64,000 nucleotides of DNA from the NCBI RefSeq assembly GCF_002113885.1, contig NW_018408109.1, positions 650,260-714,259 on the forward strand. The letters run 5' to 3'. Origin of the DNA: Mizuhopecten yessoensis. Lineage: Eukaryota. Each line of letters starts with the position of its first letter. The first letter of the stretch is position 1. Made by a program: the position numbers and the translations under genes. The notes under the pieces were generated by a model that had not been told where the DNA came from, searched no databases, and saw nothing but the letters and a program-made list of their open reading frames with translations. This document shows, one piece after another, positions 38,601 to 53,600 of this stretch.

Positions 38601-41600
38601 ACAGACACTGGTGAAAGTTGACATGACGAGATTGTGTCTACAGACAGACGGACATGAACCTTCTCCCTAAACTGTCGCGTGGCTATACAAATAAATACGC
38701 ATATAACTGTAAGTGAACTTTTCATACTAAAGAATTATCGGAATTCTGTGCCCTGCTTTCACAGACGTTCGCCCATTATGTCAATAAATGATTTTCGGTA
38801 GTTCTGTCTGAGCTGTTCCGAAGACAGTATTGACACGTGGATTGATCGATAGCCACGTGACTAGCATGCCGCGAGCGTCAGCCTCAAACTATGTTAGATT
38901 AATCGAATTTTTTATCAATACCGTTCGGTAACCACAGAATTCCAAATAAAGTAGGTGAAAACGATACGTAAGTTTGGATCAGTGACAAGACAAATCACTG
39001 GTACGTTAAAATGATTTATATTATATTTATTATTAATTTGTTCAATATCTTAGCAAAAAGACTACGGTAAAACTAATAACTAGGCTTGGTTATGCTTTAC
39101 TAAAATTAATCTGAATCAAATTGGATTGTTGAGGGTTACTTTGAGTACATTACAAACAAGTTATACTTTAGATCAGCATAAAACTACGTAATCAAGATCA
39201 CGTTACTATCAAGTATTGATTCGTCATCGTACCAAGCTAGCATCCGGGTTACACATCCGGGATACCAACCCAAAAGTATACACGACATAGCGCAACAACC
39301 ACAAGGGATTCCTGGAGATGTAAAAGGCGCGCGGTGAAATATGTCATTGCATACCACACACGCCAAACAGATACTTAAGTTGTGCAGGGGACATTGCTTT
39401 GGTGTCAGCACTGTCACTGTGCATTAGTCAAGTGAGCAACATAACATAAACTAATGTCGCGTTTTAATAATATCTGTACTTTACAGAGACAAAGCCGAGA
39501 AGGTGTTTTTTTCACTACCTTTTTTACACAACCTGAATGACAGGAAACATTTGTCAATATTTACATTTCCACTGCACAGAGACTAGATGTTTCTACTGGG
39601 CCCAATGCATGTTATTTCGTATGACGTCATAACTGTAACGTTGGAGATTGCACTGCTCCACTGTCAACTGGTGGCTATCTGGATGTACCCTGACGTTGAA
39701 ACGTGTTCAGACTTATAGTATGTCTTTATTTCTACGTGAACTGTAAGTTGATTAACATAAAATGTAAATACATTGGCTTACCTATATATTTAACATGGTA
39801 CGCTAGCGCTCACCATTCAATATGTAGGTAAGCCAATGTATGTTACACACCAATGCATGTCAAAAATATGACAACCAATCCTTAAATATACTTAAAAGAG
39901 AAAAACAGTGTTAGGACGCTCAACGGAACTTCAAGCTCATGCTCACCAAAAAGTGGTACTATATTGTCGATCCTCACACCCATGATAACCATTGCTGATG
40001 TTCATAAGCAGTGAAAATGTACCGTGACGACCTAATATTTACATGTACTTCCACCATTAGGAAGTAAACGAACATGTTTAAAGTAAAATATAAACCGGAA
40101 AGTGTCACTTTAGTAAGAGAACCCTCCGACTCTATCGTTTGACGAGGGCACGGAAACCCTCTGTTCGTATGCTTACCCGAAGGTTCCGAAACCCTCGGGG
40201 TGTAAGTATGACGAGGGTTCGAAAAAAAGCAATTCAATATTGAATTGAACTGTATGTTAGCCCGAGGGTTCGAAACCTATTTGTGTGAATGACAGCCCGA
40301 GGGTCAGAAAAATCGAAATTCAATCGATCAACCTAGCTTTTAACCCATATACAATGATGGCAGATCTCGTTGATAGAAGTTTGAAGTTTTCTAAAACGGC
40401 ATACAAGCTACATGTACATTAAATCGTATCCCAGACTAGACAATGACACATAAATATAGGTATCCGTACCTTTCGGGACATACAGACAGGTTGTTTCGCC
40501 TATAATGGATTTTGTGTGTGAATCCAGAAAATTCTCGGATCAGCTATCGATTAGAACGACACTAGTTTCCTGCTTCCCCTTTATCGCGAAGATACCGAGT
40601 CAAACGCCTCTACTAATTACCCTCATAAATACGCGTCTGTCACGTACGCTTCTGACTGGTGCTCTAACATCAACGACCACTCATCATGTGGACAATACGC
40701 CATCTTAATGGTGATTTCACTCCATTGACCGATCATCTAACGGACAATGCACCATCTTACTAGCGTTCAACCATCTGATTTGAGATTAACATTATCGACT
40801 GGTCATGCGACTGACAATGCACCATCTTACTAGCGATCAACCACCTGATTTGAGGTTAACATTATCGACTGGTCATGTGACTGACAATGCGCCATCTTAA
40901 TGGTTATTTCTCACCATTGACCGATCATCTAACGGACAATGCACCATCTTACTAGCGATCAACCATCTGATTTGAGGCTAACATTATCGACTGGTCATGT
41001 GACTGACAATGCGCCATCTTAATGGTTATTTCACTCCATTGACAGATCATCAAACGGACGATGCACCATCTTACTAGCGTTCAACCATCTGATTTGAGGC
41101 TAACATTATCGACTGGTCATGTGACTGACAATGCGCCATCTTAATGGTGATTTAACACCATTGACCGATCCTCCAACGGACAATACGCCCTCTTAATGGT
41201 GATTTCCCACCATTGACCGATCATCAAACGGAGAATGCACCATCTTAATGGGGATTTCACTCCATTGGCCGATCATCAAACGAACAATACGCCATCTTAA
41301 TGGTGAATTCACACCATTGACCGATCATCTAACGGACAATGCACCATCTTAATGGCGATTTCACACCATTGACGGATCATCAAACGGACGATGCACCATC
41401 TTAATGGTGAATTCACACCATTGACCGATCACCAAACGGACAATACGCCAACTTAATGGTGATTTCACACCATTGACCGATCATCAAACGGACAATGCAC
41501 CATCTTACTAGCGATCAACCATCTGATTTGAGGTTAACATTATCGACTGGTCATGTGACTGACAATGCACCATCTGACTGGTGATCTTACACCATGTACC

Positions 41601-44600
41601 GATCATTCGATTGACCTTATACCCCATGTTAAAGGTAACTTTACACCCTCGGCTGATCATCTGACTGCAAAAACACCATTAAGCTTTGTGATTTTACACA
41701 TTGGCTTGCCATCCTGCTGAAAAGCATAATCTGACTGGGGAATCTAAATCTGACTGGGGATTCACAATCTGACTGGGGAATCACAATCTGACTGGGGAAT
41801 CACAATCAGACTGGGGATTCACAATCTGACTGGGAATCACAATCTGACTGGGGAATCACAATCTGACAGGGGATTCACAATCTGACTGGGGATTCACAAT
41901 CTGAATGGGGAATCACAATCTGACTGGGGATTCACAATCTGACTGGGGAATCACAATCTGACTGGGGGAATCACAATCTGACTGGAGAATCACAATCTGA
42001 CTGGGGATGACTGGGGATTCACAATCTGACTCGGGAATCACAATCTGACTCGGGAATCACAATCTGACTGGGGATTTACAATCTGACTCTAACGGGTGTT
42101 GCACCATCAATGAACACTAGCTAAAACAATTGTTATCACCACATCCCTGTCCCATCAAAACAAACCAATCTACAGTAAATTATGCTGACCAAATTGTACC
42201 ATTTCGTCGCATCCTTATTTTCAGTAACGGTGGCGATAGGAGAATAGTTTTTGCTTCGTCGCATTGGTATTCTTGTATCAAATATTTCGTCACAAGGGGT
42301 AAAATAATTAGCGTTCCTTCATCCCTTCGCCTCTCAAGACGCAAAGAAGGAGTGAAAATGAAGGTGCATGTATGTAGGAAGACTCTCAATAACGCCCATT
42401 CGCCGCGTTCGACAACGCCGGGTCAGCGGAACATTCTTTTTGTTCCGTCGCCTTGGCGTTGTGTGCAGCAAAGGGACAACAATTACTGCCATACTTTGTT
42501 CTGTCATCTTGCCAGCGAAACGAAGACTAGGAGACGTAAATTAGCGTCCTTTTAAATATTCGCCTCTTCGATCCTTCGCGTCAGTGGCGACAACGAAAAG
42601 AAACAGCGCTAACCATCGTCTTCTCGTTGCGAAATACCGATGGTTGTCGTGTCGTTAACTCTAGATCTTGCAACACGAAATAACGATGAGTCGAAATGGC
42701 ACAATTCAGCCACCGTATTATAGTTACCGAAACGGCTCTGTTCTATAAAATCGTAATGAAACTAGAGTGGCTACCGCGCGGCTATATACCATCAAAACAC
42801 AGTTAAACCTGTATTGGCTACCGACGCAGACCCTCCTCTTTAAAGCACATTTAAACTGTAATTCCTCACTTCCTCGCAAATCAAATTATTTGTATTGAAC
42901 CTGCGCAGCTTTCGTCCGTTACTATTAATTTGGAGATGAGGAACATGACGTCATGGTTTCTCTATTGGAGTACTGCATTAAGCATCACTTTCTGCAAGTA
43001 TTGCGTCTGCTTTTCAAACTGAACATGTATCCGGCTATCTCCTAATGACTTTTCATATTACATTGTATAACGTAAACATAAATAGACAACACAAAAAGTG
43101 ATGACGTCGTATACTGCAATGCTTGGTGCGGTATTTGAAATTCCAATTTCTGACGGTAGAAATGTTCAGCGAAGAAATAACGGCGCAATATTGTGTTAAG
43201 TTCAAAATGGTCTTGCTTGTAAAAGGACAGAATAAAAAGTTTTAACTATGAGCTAAAAAGTGTTGTGTCTTTTTAAATTGAATTATAAGGAATAATCATT
43301 CGTATACTATATTCACTGTTTATGGGATTCGTCTATAAAGAAGGGAGAAGGAGTGGAGGGTTTCATTGTGGGAAGGAGCGTAGCGGAAACAATTCGGTTG
43401 GTGGGTTGGAATTTGGGTATGGAATAGTGTCTATAAATGTACCTCCAAAAGCTGCACATGGCCAGACGGTACGGTCCTGGTCACTGGCGAACCCATTAAG
43501 ATCTCCAAGGTGACCTAAATAAAATGAAAATGTATAGAAATAAACACAAGGGGGACAATATACTTTAGATAAACCATTTATACACATATAAAATTCCATC
43601 CTTAAAAGATAATTCTAACGTCAGCGGATACTGACAGCGGAAACCGAAACGGAAACCGAGACGGAAGCAGACAAGTCGAGACTTGAGGGGTTGTCTCAAA
43701 ATTTACAAAACAAAAGCTGAAGTTCAAGGACGCTAATATATTGATATGTATAACCGTGTTATGATATCGCATGTTCACATTGAACAATTGATCACTTATA
43801 CATGTATATGCCTGATACAAGTTATTTGAATTGGCGATATCACGCGAATTCCTCAACATATCGCCTTTTCATATTAAATGGCCGGTGTCAAGCTTTCGAA
43901 TGTACCTGCGCATTTAAGATATGTTTGCAAAGAACGATTAAATTGTGGAGACACTTCATTGAGTTTTAGATCAAGTCAGAGACGCTTTCCTTATCCTGTA
44001 ACGTTAGTCACGTTGAACAGCTTCCTTACCGTAGCTGCTCAAACCAAAAAGCTGAAATGTTTTGGAATAGAATATCGCGTTATATGTAACTCGTAATTGG
44101 CTAGTGATATTGAAACAGGAAAGCTCCAGACAGCTGAAACCATCACAGTGCTTTCTGGGCAAAGGTTTCCAGAACCCTACGACCTGATCCGACCGTGTGC
44201 ATAGGCCGCAGTACGTCGAGGCAGAGACTAATGTTGGTGTGTTCTAAACGACACAGGATGTGTCATAAGTGGGCATCTGTACTCTAGCTTTCTTTGTTAT
44301 ACTCGAAATTTACCTATGACTTTTTGTAAATAATGTGGAAATTGAACAGCAAACTGCTTTCTGTAGTACCCCGGAACCCTGCTCTTTCAGAATATCAGTT
44401 TTCACATCAACGTTGAACGACTTCTAAAGAGCATGCTTTAAATTATCAATCAATTAATTCGAACTTTAACGTAAATGCCGACTGGCGATCGATATGTCAC
44501 GTATTCCAGGTTTCTTACAGAAATGTCTCAATCTACCCGAGAAACTTTTTCGTTGCCATGACGTCATCATGACATTATTCCAAATATGAGTTCACTGTAT

Positions 44601-47600
44601 ATTTCGTGATAAAAGCCTGTTTCAGATCGCTGGAAATTGACATATTTTCATGGACTGCATAGTCGACGTCATCACGGATGCTTACTCTTCCGGAACGTTT
44701 GGTCGATTTTGACTTGCACGTTGGTGCTATTGTATATATATGTTCTACCTCATCTTTTTTGACCTATTGGATCCATTTTTGACCTTAATCAGTTTGGTCT
44801 GATACTTACAATAACCATTAAGTATTAAAATCGTACCTCAAATCTCCTAAATTTTGAAATGTCCTCAGAGATTTAAAAGTAAATGTTTGAACAATAAAAT
44901 TCAACAAGAATTCATCAGTACGATTTAGTACGTGCATGTGTATACATCATATTTACCTTCTAGGAGTTGTTTCATTCTGTCAGATCGGGCTATTTTTAGA
45001 GGGGTTTTCCCACCATATGTCGATAACGTCGGGTCGGCACCAAAAGCTAGGAGCATGCGCACAAGCTCGACGTTGTCATTTTCAACGGCATCATGAATTG
45101 GTCTGAAATCAAATGTAACTTAAATTAGGAAAATGTTTGTTAAATGCATATACGTTGATTACGTTAAAAACAAATGTTCAAAACGACAAAATTCGTTACT
45201 TCTTACATGTATTTTTATTTATTTCACAGATTTTATTAATTATTCTCAAAAACATCAATTTTATTTGCCGCAAACAGTAAGTCAAATAGAATATAACTCA
45301 TGCCTCGTTTTGGATTTGTATATAAACACCGGATGCACTTGGTTGGTGCATCCTGGTACCATGTCGCAAGTCGCACGAGGCGAAATCTAATCAAACCGTC
45401 GATTTGACATTATAAACAAGCATAACACAGGCTTCTGTGAGATTTAATATAGACGGTGTGACATCATAAACTCAAATAATGGGTTTCTGTTTTTAGGAAA
45501 GCATTAAAGATTGCATGTGTTATGGTAATAATAGCAATACAATATTGTCTACAAAAGATTTATGGAGTGTCGAGATCATTCGAAAACTGTCACGTGTTGG
45601 CTGTTTACGAGATTTCGTGCGGTATTTGATAAGACAGCATCTGCCTAGCCTATAGCTAGGCCGATTCAATCAAAGGTTAACTACCGTTGCATGGATACAA
45701 ATAATTGGCCCGATTTAGAAATGCCATCTACAAGATGTAGCAATTTCCCTGATGGCAAGAACCCGTTTGATTGGATATCTGTCATCTTGGGACCTTAAAT
45801 GTCAATGACACCCAGCGTGAATCTAACTTAATTAATTAAAGCATCAACTGATGTATTGAAATTATCGACTTTTATCAATTATGTACTTTTGTTGAGGTGC
45901 AATATGTGGTTATATAACCCTCATGTCCATATAACCTCATACTCACCGAAATTAAAGTGTGTAACTGTGATATAATTGTGATATTAGATGCTTAATAGTT
46001 GTTTAAATCATGAAAAAAGAAAGAACGTATGAAAATTGTACGGAGGAAAGTACTGCATTTGGCAGAAACCATTGTGACGTCACAATTGAAATGACGACAT
46101 AAAATCAATATTCACCTAACATAAAAAAGTAAGACCGGGTAAGTACACCATGTATAACAAATCACCGACCCCAGGTAATTACGATCCAACCAATGAGGGT
46201 ATAGGAAAATACGTCATATAATATTAATTATCAATATATATATAGATATAACAAAGGGTCTGACACAAGATATCACACATTTGAAGCGCAATCTCTAATA
46301 TATTTCATTATAAAGGACACTGACAGGACAGCAAGGACCCCGCGATTTGCTTGATCGTAACACCCCCCCCCCCCCCCCCCCCCCCATTTTTTCNNNNNNN
46401 NNNNNNNNNNNNNNNNNNNNNNNNNNNNNNNNNNNNNNNNNNNNNNNNNNNNNNNNNNNNNNNNNNNNNNNNNNNNNNNNNNNNNNNNNNNNNNNNNCCC
46501 CCCCCTCCCGGTCTATTTTAGTAACTAGGTCATTAACCTTGACCTTAGAGACGTCTAAAACCTCTATTGCACATCTTCATATCACAGGGTGTCACAACGT
46601 CAAATTTCAAAAGCATCAGTCTTTTAATTTCTGATACAACCTCCGGAAACGGATACGAAAGAGTGGACGGACGGACACCTCGGTTCATATAAGGATCCCA
46701 AATCTCCTATGCGGGGCCCTAAGCACATGACAATATTACAAGTTTATTTTAAGGATCCCTGTCCCACTGTGGGTTGTCGTACAGACAGTAGCCTCCCTTT
46801 AATGTCGTTTAAGATAACCGGGACAGTATACTTCCGTTGAGCAGGTAGTTCAATAGGTAAGAGCGACAGTATACATTTTGTTTTTATTCCGTCTTTATTA
46901 TTTTTCTTAAAAGTCCCGTAAGGTATGGTTTTCTTTCCCGATATGATTTATCAAAGCCATACCTGATTTATCAAAGCCATACCTGATTGATCAAAGCCAT
47001 ACCTGATTTATCAAAGTCATACCAATAGAGAACAATTAAGTTTACAATACGTAGTGACAGTTTTTGACAGTGGTATGGAGAGTAGAGTTTGTAGAACTTT
47101 GGACCAATTGAACATGGTTCACGTTGTCCGTATTCAAAGTAGCCACTGGCTATTTTTATTTTCAACTGGTTACTACAAAAACAATGTAGCTGCTAAAATT
47201 CTAAATTGGCTACAAGGTTTAAAAAAGAAAAGACTGGAAAGTGTGTATTTTTGTCTAAGAAAACGATCAACTAGTCAAATAATTGCTTTCGTAACAAACA
47301 TATTTTCGTTCTGGTTAGCAACGCGTTGTTTAAATCTTCAGACGTAGCTACCAGAGTTGATACCGGAAACGATTTCCTTATCCATCAAATTACCTTGAAC
47401 AAAATGTCCGTACGATATGTCGTTACATAGCCGTGTATTTGCTTGGATATTTAAGGACGCCTGATGAAATAGAGTCATTCGAATTGCAAATTTCACAATA
47501 TCACAATACGCTATCGAAACATTTCGATTTGTCTGACTGAACTCAATAAACATCTACGAGGCTTTCCGAATGTATAAACATCAACAACAACCCGTGTGCG

Positions 47601-50600
47601 CTTTCTGAATTCGACATGTAATTGGTTTTACTTGACTTACATAAGGATAAGGAGAAAACACTATCGATTTTTTGCAGACTCAATTATCTAGGAAAAGGAG
47701 ATTTCTGCTAAACGGAAAAGCATGCGTATGAATACCACTTATCGTTTGTCTGCGGTTCTTAAATACCGCGACGCGTCACGTCATCCAGCAAAACGTCGCC
47801 AAACCGGAAGTGCGTCTGGGCAGGAAGAGATGGTTTATGGGCTTTGACATAGACAGCTGTAAGATGTATCGTTCGTGCCAAGAACTACATTTTGGCTGTC
47901 AAATCCTTTCCCTAACGAATAAACTGTTAATACCATTCGAAATATACGAGTTGGACATGTGTTATCCATGTTTAAATGACCACATTTGCATATCCATGCT
48001 CATTAGGTTCTATTGAATCGTTAAACGAAAAAGTTGAAATCGAATCTTCTTTCTTTTTTATTAGATTTTTTTTATTCATTTATTTATCATAATTTTATTT
48101 ACAATTTTTCCCCTTCATTTTTAATATAAACAGCAATTTTCTTTCTTATCAATCAATAAATAAATAAATGCATCGTTAAATTTCAGGCAAATGCCTACAA
48201 ACGCCAGCGTAGACGGCCTACGTGTATATTTCTACATGTCTTGACAATACGTCTTGAGATATATTAAGAGGTGATAATAATTTTTATCAGCGCGTGTTTG
48301 TGCGTCACTGTCGAGTACTGAAACAGCAGGCCAGCACGAGAAGGCCCGTTCTGACCTCGATCTGATTTCAAGAAACATCGTCTTTCTCGAGACCTCCTGG
48401 TCTCATTCTGGTATCGCCATGAAAACACTAGTCACGTTATGATCTCGTCATGAAACGTTCTCCATTTCAAATAACGACACCAAGTTGACCTTGACCTACA
48501 GTGCTACACAACGTATCAATTACAAAACTGTTTGCAAAATCAGAGCCTCAAGTCCTTAGGGCCCCTAAATCAACTCATCTGGGTACGCCAGTCTCATTAA
48601 CCTGTCCCGACACGTGACTCAACATCAGTCTCATCTACCTGTCACGTCACGTGTCTCAATATCAGTCTCATTTACCTGTAACGACACGTGACTCATCATC
48701 AGTCTCATTTACCTGTCACGTCACGTGTCTCAATATCAGTCTCATTTACCTGTAACGACACGTGACTCAACATCAGTCTCATTTACCTGTCACGTCACGT
48801 GTCTCAATATCAGTCTCATTTACCTGTCACGACACGTGTCTCAATATCAGTCTCATTTACCAGTCACTTCACGTGACTCAACATAAGTCTCATTTGTATG
48901 TCACGTCACTAGCCTTAATATCAGTCTCATTTACCTGACCCGACACGAGCCTCAACACTAATCCTATTAAACTGTCACATATCCTGTCTCAATATCAGTC
49001 TCATTTACCTGTCACGTCACGTGACTCAACATCAGTCTCATTTACCTGTCACGTCACGTGACTCAACATCAGTCTCATTTACCTGTCACGTCACGTGACT
49101 CAACATCAGTCTCATTTACCTGTCCCGTCACGTGACTCAACATCAGTCTCATTTACCTGTCCCGACACGTGCCCCTCAACTCTAATATCTTATTTACTTG
49201 TCCCGACATGTGACTCAATATGAGTCTCATTTACCTGACACGTCTCTTATCTCGATATCAGTCGCATTTACCTGTCACGTCACGTGACTCAACATCAGTC
49301 TCATTTTCCTGTCGCGACACGTGACTCAATATCAGTCTCATTTACCTGTCACGTCACTTGTCTCAATATCAGTCTCATTTACCTGTAAAGTCACGTGTCT
49401 TAATATCAGTCTCATTTACTTTCTCACGACCCCAGTCGCAACAATTCGAAAATGTTGGACAAATTATTAACTCAGGCCGAAGCGGCCTTCGTTAATTATT
49501 TTTACCAACATTTTCTCACCCTCGTTATATATTCCACCATAATGCACGCACATATGTTGATTATTTCTTAAATACTGTTACTATAGACGTTGGCTTGTAT
49601 TGTGTAAGTGACATTACTGTAACAACAGGCGAGGACGTTGTTGACGAACAGCAGTGTGTATAATGTAATCTCAGGACAAATGCAAGGCAAAAAGACGCGA
49701 CTAGAAATACAAACAATCAGACTAATGCACATAGTTATACGTCTAGAGAAAAACCTAGTTTCCATACATATATGTTTTTATAACTCGTGTCTGGAATATA
49801 TTTGTAAAATGATGATGCATTGCTTAGTTTACATATGCAATCCAGAGTGTGCGTCTGTCATCTCACGTAGCGCATGTTGTGTCACATAACGCGCAGCTCT
49901 TTACGAGTTCATGGGGGTCAAAGCTCAGAAAAAAATGTCTGCGTCATAACACGCCCTGAGCAATGCGAATGTACTTTAATGAAGAATGACAAACATGACA
50001 GTCGCAACAGGAACCGGAAACCTCGGCACAACCAGACAGGAACCGGAAACCTCGGCACAACCAGACAGGAACTCCTATCAATTAAGGCAACTAGACAAGG
50101 TATTAAAACCCTTTTAGGACAACCGCACAAGGAATCGAAACCACTGGTGCAACAAAAGGAAATCCAAAAACCTATAGGGCATAAAGAGCCCTAGGGACAA
50201 TCAGACAGAGAGTCGGAAACCCAGAGCAACCAAACAAGAAACCAGAACCCCTGGGACAATCAAAGAACTAGAACCAATTGGACACACCACACACATAACA
50301 ACTGGTGCAAACAAAGCGGAACCGGAACCTCTCATGTAACCAGAACCCCTGGTGCTACAAGACCATAAACCGGAACCTCTCATGTATCCAGAACCCCTGG
50401 TGCTACAAGACCATAAACCGGAACTGCTCATGCAAACAGACAAAGATTCGGAATCCGTGGGGCAACCAAGCCGAAAACCGAAACCTTTAATACAACCAAA
50501 CGAAGAACAACAAAATCCACTAGGGCAACCAGAAAAGGAACTGAAGTTCCTGAATAACCAGACCGGAATCAAAACCGCTGATGCAACCTGACAAGGAACC

Positions 50601-53600
50601 CTGAACCCGTGGGGCAACCAAACGGGAGACAGGAACCGTGATGCATCTAAACAATTTATAAGAACACCACTGATGCAGCCATGCAGACTAACAATAACAA
50701 ACCCCTGGTGCAACCATACCTCAAACTGAAAACCCCTTATAAAACAGGAAATGTAATCAGCACCAATCAGACTCTTAACAATTGGACCTGGCCACCGAAA
50801 AACGACACTGCCAGTTCCGTTTATGAATCTACTTGATAAAACAGTAGACACAATTGTATGAAAATCAAGTTACATCTGTGTATAAATTTCAAATCTCTAG
50901 AGCAAAACAAAATGAATATTAATTGTTTTTAATTGTTTTTACAGTAAACCATCTATTGCAGTATCATGTTTTTCGTTATTTTTTCTCTCTTTCTGTCTTT
51001 CTTTAATGTTTTTGTGTTCGTTATGGATAATTCACAATTTATCAAAAACTTGTTAATCTTGGCAGAATTATGACTTCGTTGGCAAACAACGTCAACATGT
51101 TGCGACAATGAAACACTTACGTGTAGCACTAACCAAGTAAGTCGGGGCGACTTTACTTTCGAAAATGATTAGAAACAACGACTTATATCGTTACACATAA
51201 ACATATTCTTCTAAAACTGAATGTCCCGTGTGTTTCGGTTGTGCTATTTTCGTCCTTTTTTATTTGCAATTGTTTATGACTTCGGCAAAACATACTTAAA
51301 CTAAACGACGTTGTCTGCTTGTGTTAGAAATGAACAATGCTGTTTATATTCCACTGCATTCTCTTAGAAACATTATCCGACCCAGACACGTAATTCATCG
51401 TTTTAAAAGGCGTAGATTTAGCACAAAAAAAATCAACAGAAGAGAAAACCAGACACATTCTAAAATATGGTTGTGATATAACAATAAAACGCAACAGAAT
51501 CAATCAGACAAAACCCGATATGTTTTCAAATTGATTTCAATTTCATTAAAAAAAACAGTGTGTGCCGTTTGGGATGTTATGGTCTTCGCTACAGCTTAGC
51601 ACAAGACGATGACGTAGAACGTCTAGTTTTGACGTCACTTATATCAGTTCTACCTGGTCGGTGATCTTGGCCGATATATTCGACTTACCCCTGAATTATT
51701 GCATAACATCACTGCCTAAAACTTTATTAACTGCGACAAACGGACAAGTGTACTCGTCCAAATATTTTTTTGCGTATACTAGCCCTAATCGTGACTAATG
51801 GGCCCATGCGGTTATGACGTCAGAAATTGGCACGCCGTGCGTCAACACTCGCGATTAAATTGCATTTTGTGTGCTAGCGTTACAAAGGTCATCCCCGCCA
51901 ATAGTAAGGCACGCTAATGGTTTTATCGTAAGACGTAAACCTGCCGCGACACTGCCGTCTCAATATCACTCCAAGAAGTGTATAGTACAAGTAATTAAAG
52001 CAGAGTCTATAACGCAATACACAACAACAAATTTTGAAAAAGGAAAACAAATAATGATGAGTTTTTAATCTAGGCATGTTGATACTGAAGTTTATGCGAT
52101 ATTTTCGAGACAGTTCACCTCTTTGAAAGCTAAAAATGTTTTAAGACATTTACGGATCAATAAGGAAATTAATTGATAACAGAGGAATTATTAGCACAAC
52201 ATGCATTTGGTTTAGTCATTTATAAATCTACTAGGAAAGTGGAGTAGAACAGTTCACATATAAAAAGGTATATACAGTAAGCCAGTTTAAACAATATACC
52301 GATATACAAAGTACACAGGTGTACTCAATACACCGGATACACTACACCGGTATACACAAAACACCGGTATACACGAAACACTTGTATACACCGTACACCG
52401 GTTTACACAGTAGCCACGTAAACACAATACACCGGTATACACAGTAGCCAGGTAAACATAATACACTGGTATACACAATCCATAGGTTTACACAATATAC
52501 CGGTATAAACAGTACACCGTTATACACAATACACCAGTTTACACAATCCATGTCTACACAATACACCTGCATTAACAGTACATTGGTATACACGATACAC
52601 CAGTTTATACAAACTGTTTACACAATACACCGGTATACACAATACACCGGTATACACAACACAACAAGATACACAATGTACATTTTTAAAACAGGAATGC
52701 TGGTAAACCAGTTTACACAATAACCGGATACGTTTATTTGAGTAAACTCAATACATATGGGGCCTGTTTGTTTATACGGAATAACTGATTCGTCTGTTTT
52801 TAAATGTAACATTTTCGGGTATAAATCCTGGCAGACCTGCAAACGTTCATGTAGGCCTTGCAATGCTTTATCAAGGCTCGCCTGAAAGCAGCATCAGATT
52901 ACTAGGTCCGAACTTATTTCTAATTATTATATAAACGAACAAATCTGGTCTAACTGGTCCCAAACCGTTTGGATCGCGATAAACAAAAACGGCCAAGTAT
53001 ACACCTGGACATATTTTGTTCATAGTTAACATTTTGAAATCAATATATAGCAACGTCAGCTGGCGCAAACCAATCAATTTAGATTTAAACTCCCCTTGAA
53101 CTTTTCCAATTATGAACTAAGGAAGTAATAATTTATAATGTTTTCTAACATATGCCATAAAGATCACTATTCGTTTGTTTAATGCTTTACTTCCTCGTAA
53201 CAACTGGGTCGTAATACATAGTTTAATGTCTCTGAGCATTAAACAAGGGGAGAACACCATTATACAGAGAGTCCTATACAACGTGACTCGTTCGGCGCAC
53301 AATATGTTTCAAATCTAAATTCATTAATACCTTTAAACTAGTATATCAATTTACAACTTCTCATTATATCACAGTCTTTCTTATTTACAACTGGCCTATT
53401 CGTTCCCGGAACCTGACGTAATAGCGATTACTGATGACGTCATATGTCATAACGATTACTTAAGAAGTCATACTGATTACTAACTACGTAATACTGTGTA
53501 CGATTTTTCTGAATTGCAATATCGATTGTGACGTCATAATCTCTACTGAAGTTAATGGTGTAGCGAATATGTGGCGGCAATGCATGCATTCATTCTCTTA

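Noticed and set aside
39184-39417. Cys-rich 77-aa ORF resembling a zinc finger
   Set aside because: Cys spacing matches no motif I recognise, and there are no supporting splice sites in phase with the gene.
40691-41600. CRISPR-like repeat/spacer appearance (also considered for the 30-, 37-, 40- and 102-bp arrays)
   Set aside because: Spacers are not unique, there are no cas genes, and the context is eukaryotic.
50201-50851. 216-aa minus-strand ORF inside the BCOR-like intron
   Set aside because: It overlaps a degenerate tandem repeat and has no domain. The flanking ankyrin exons join directly in phase without it.
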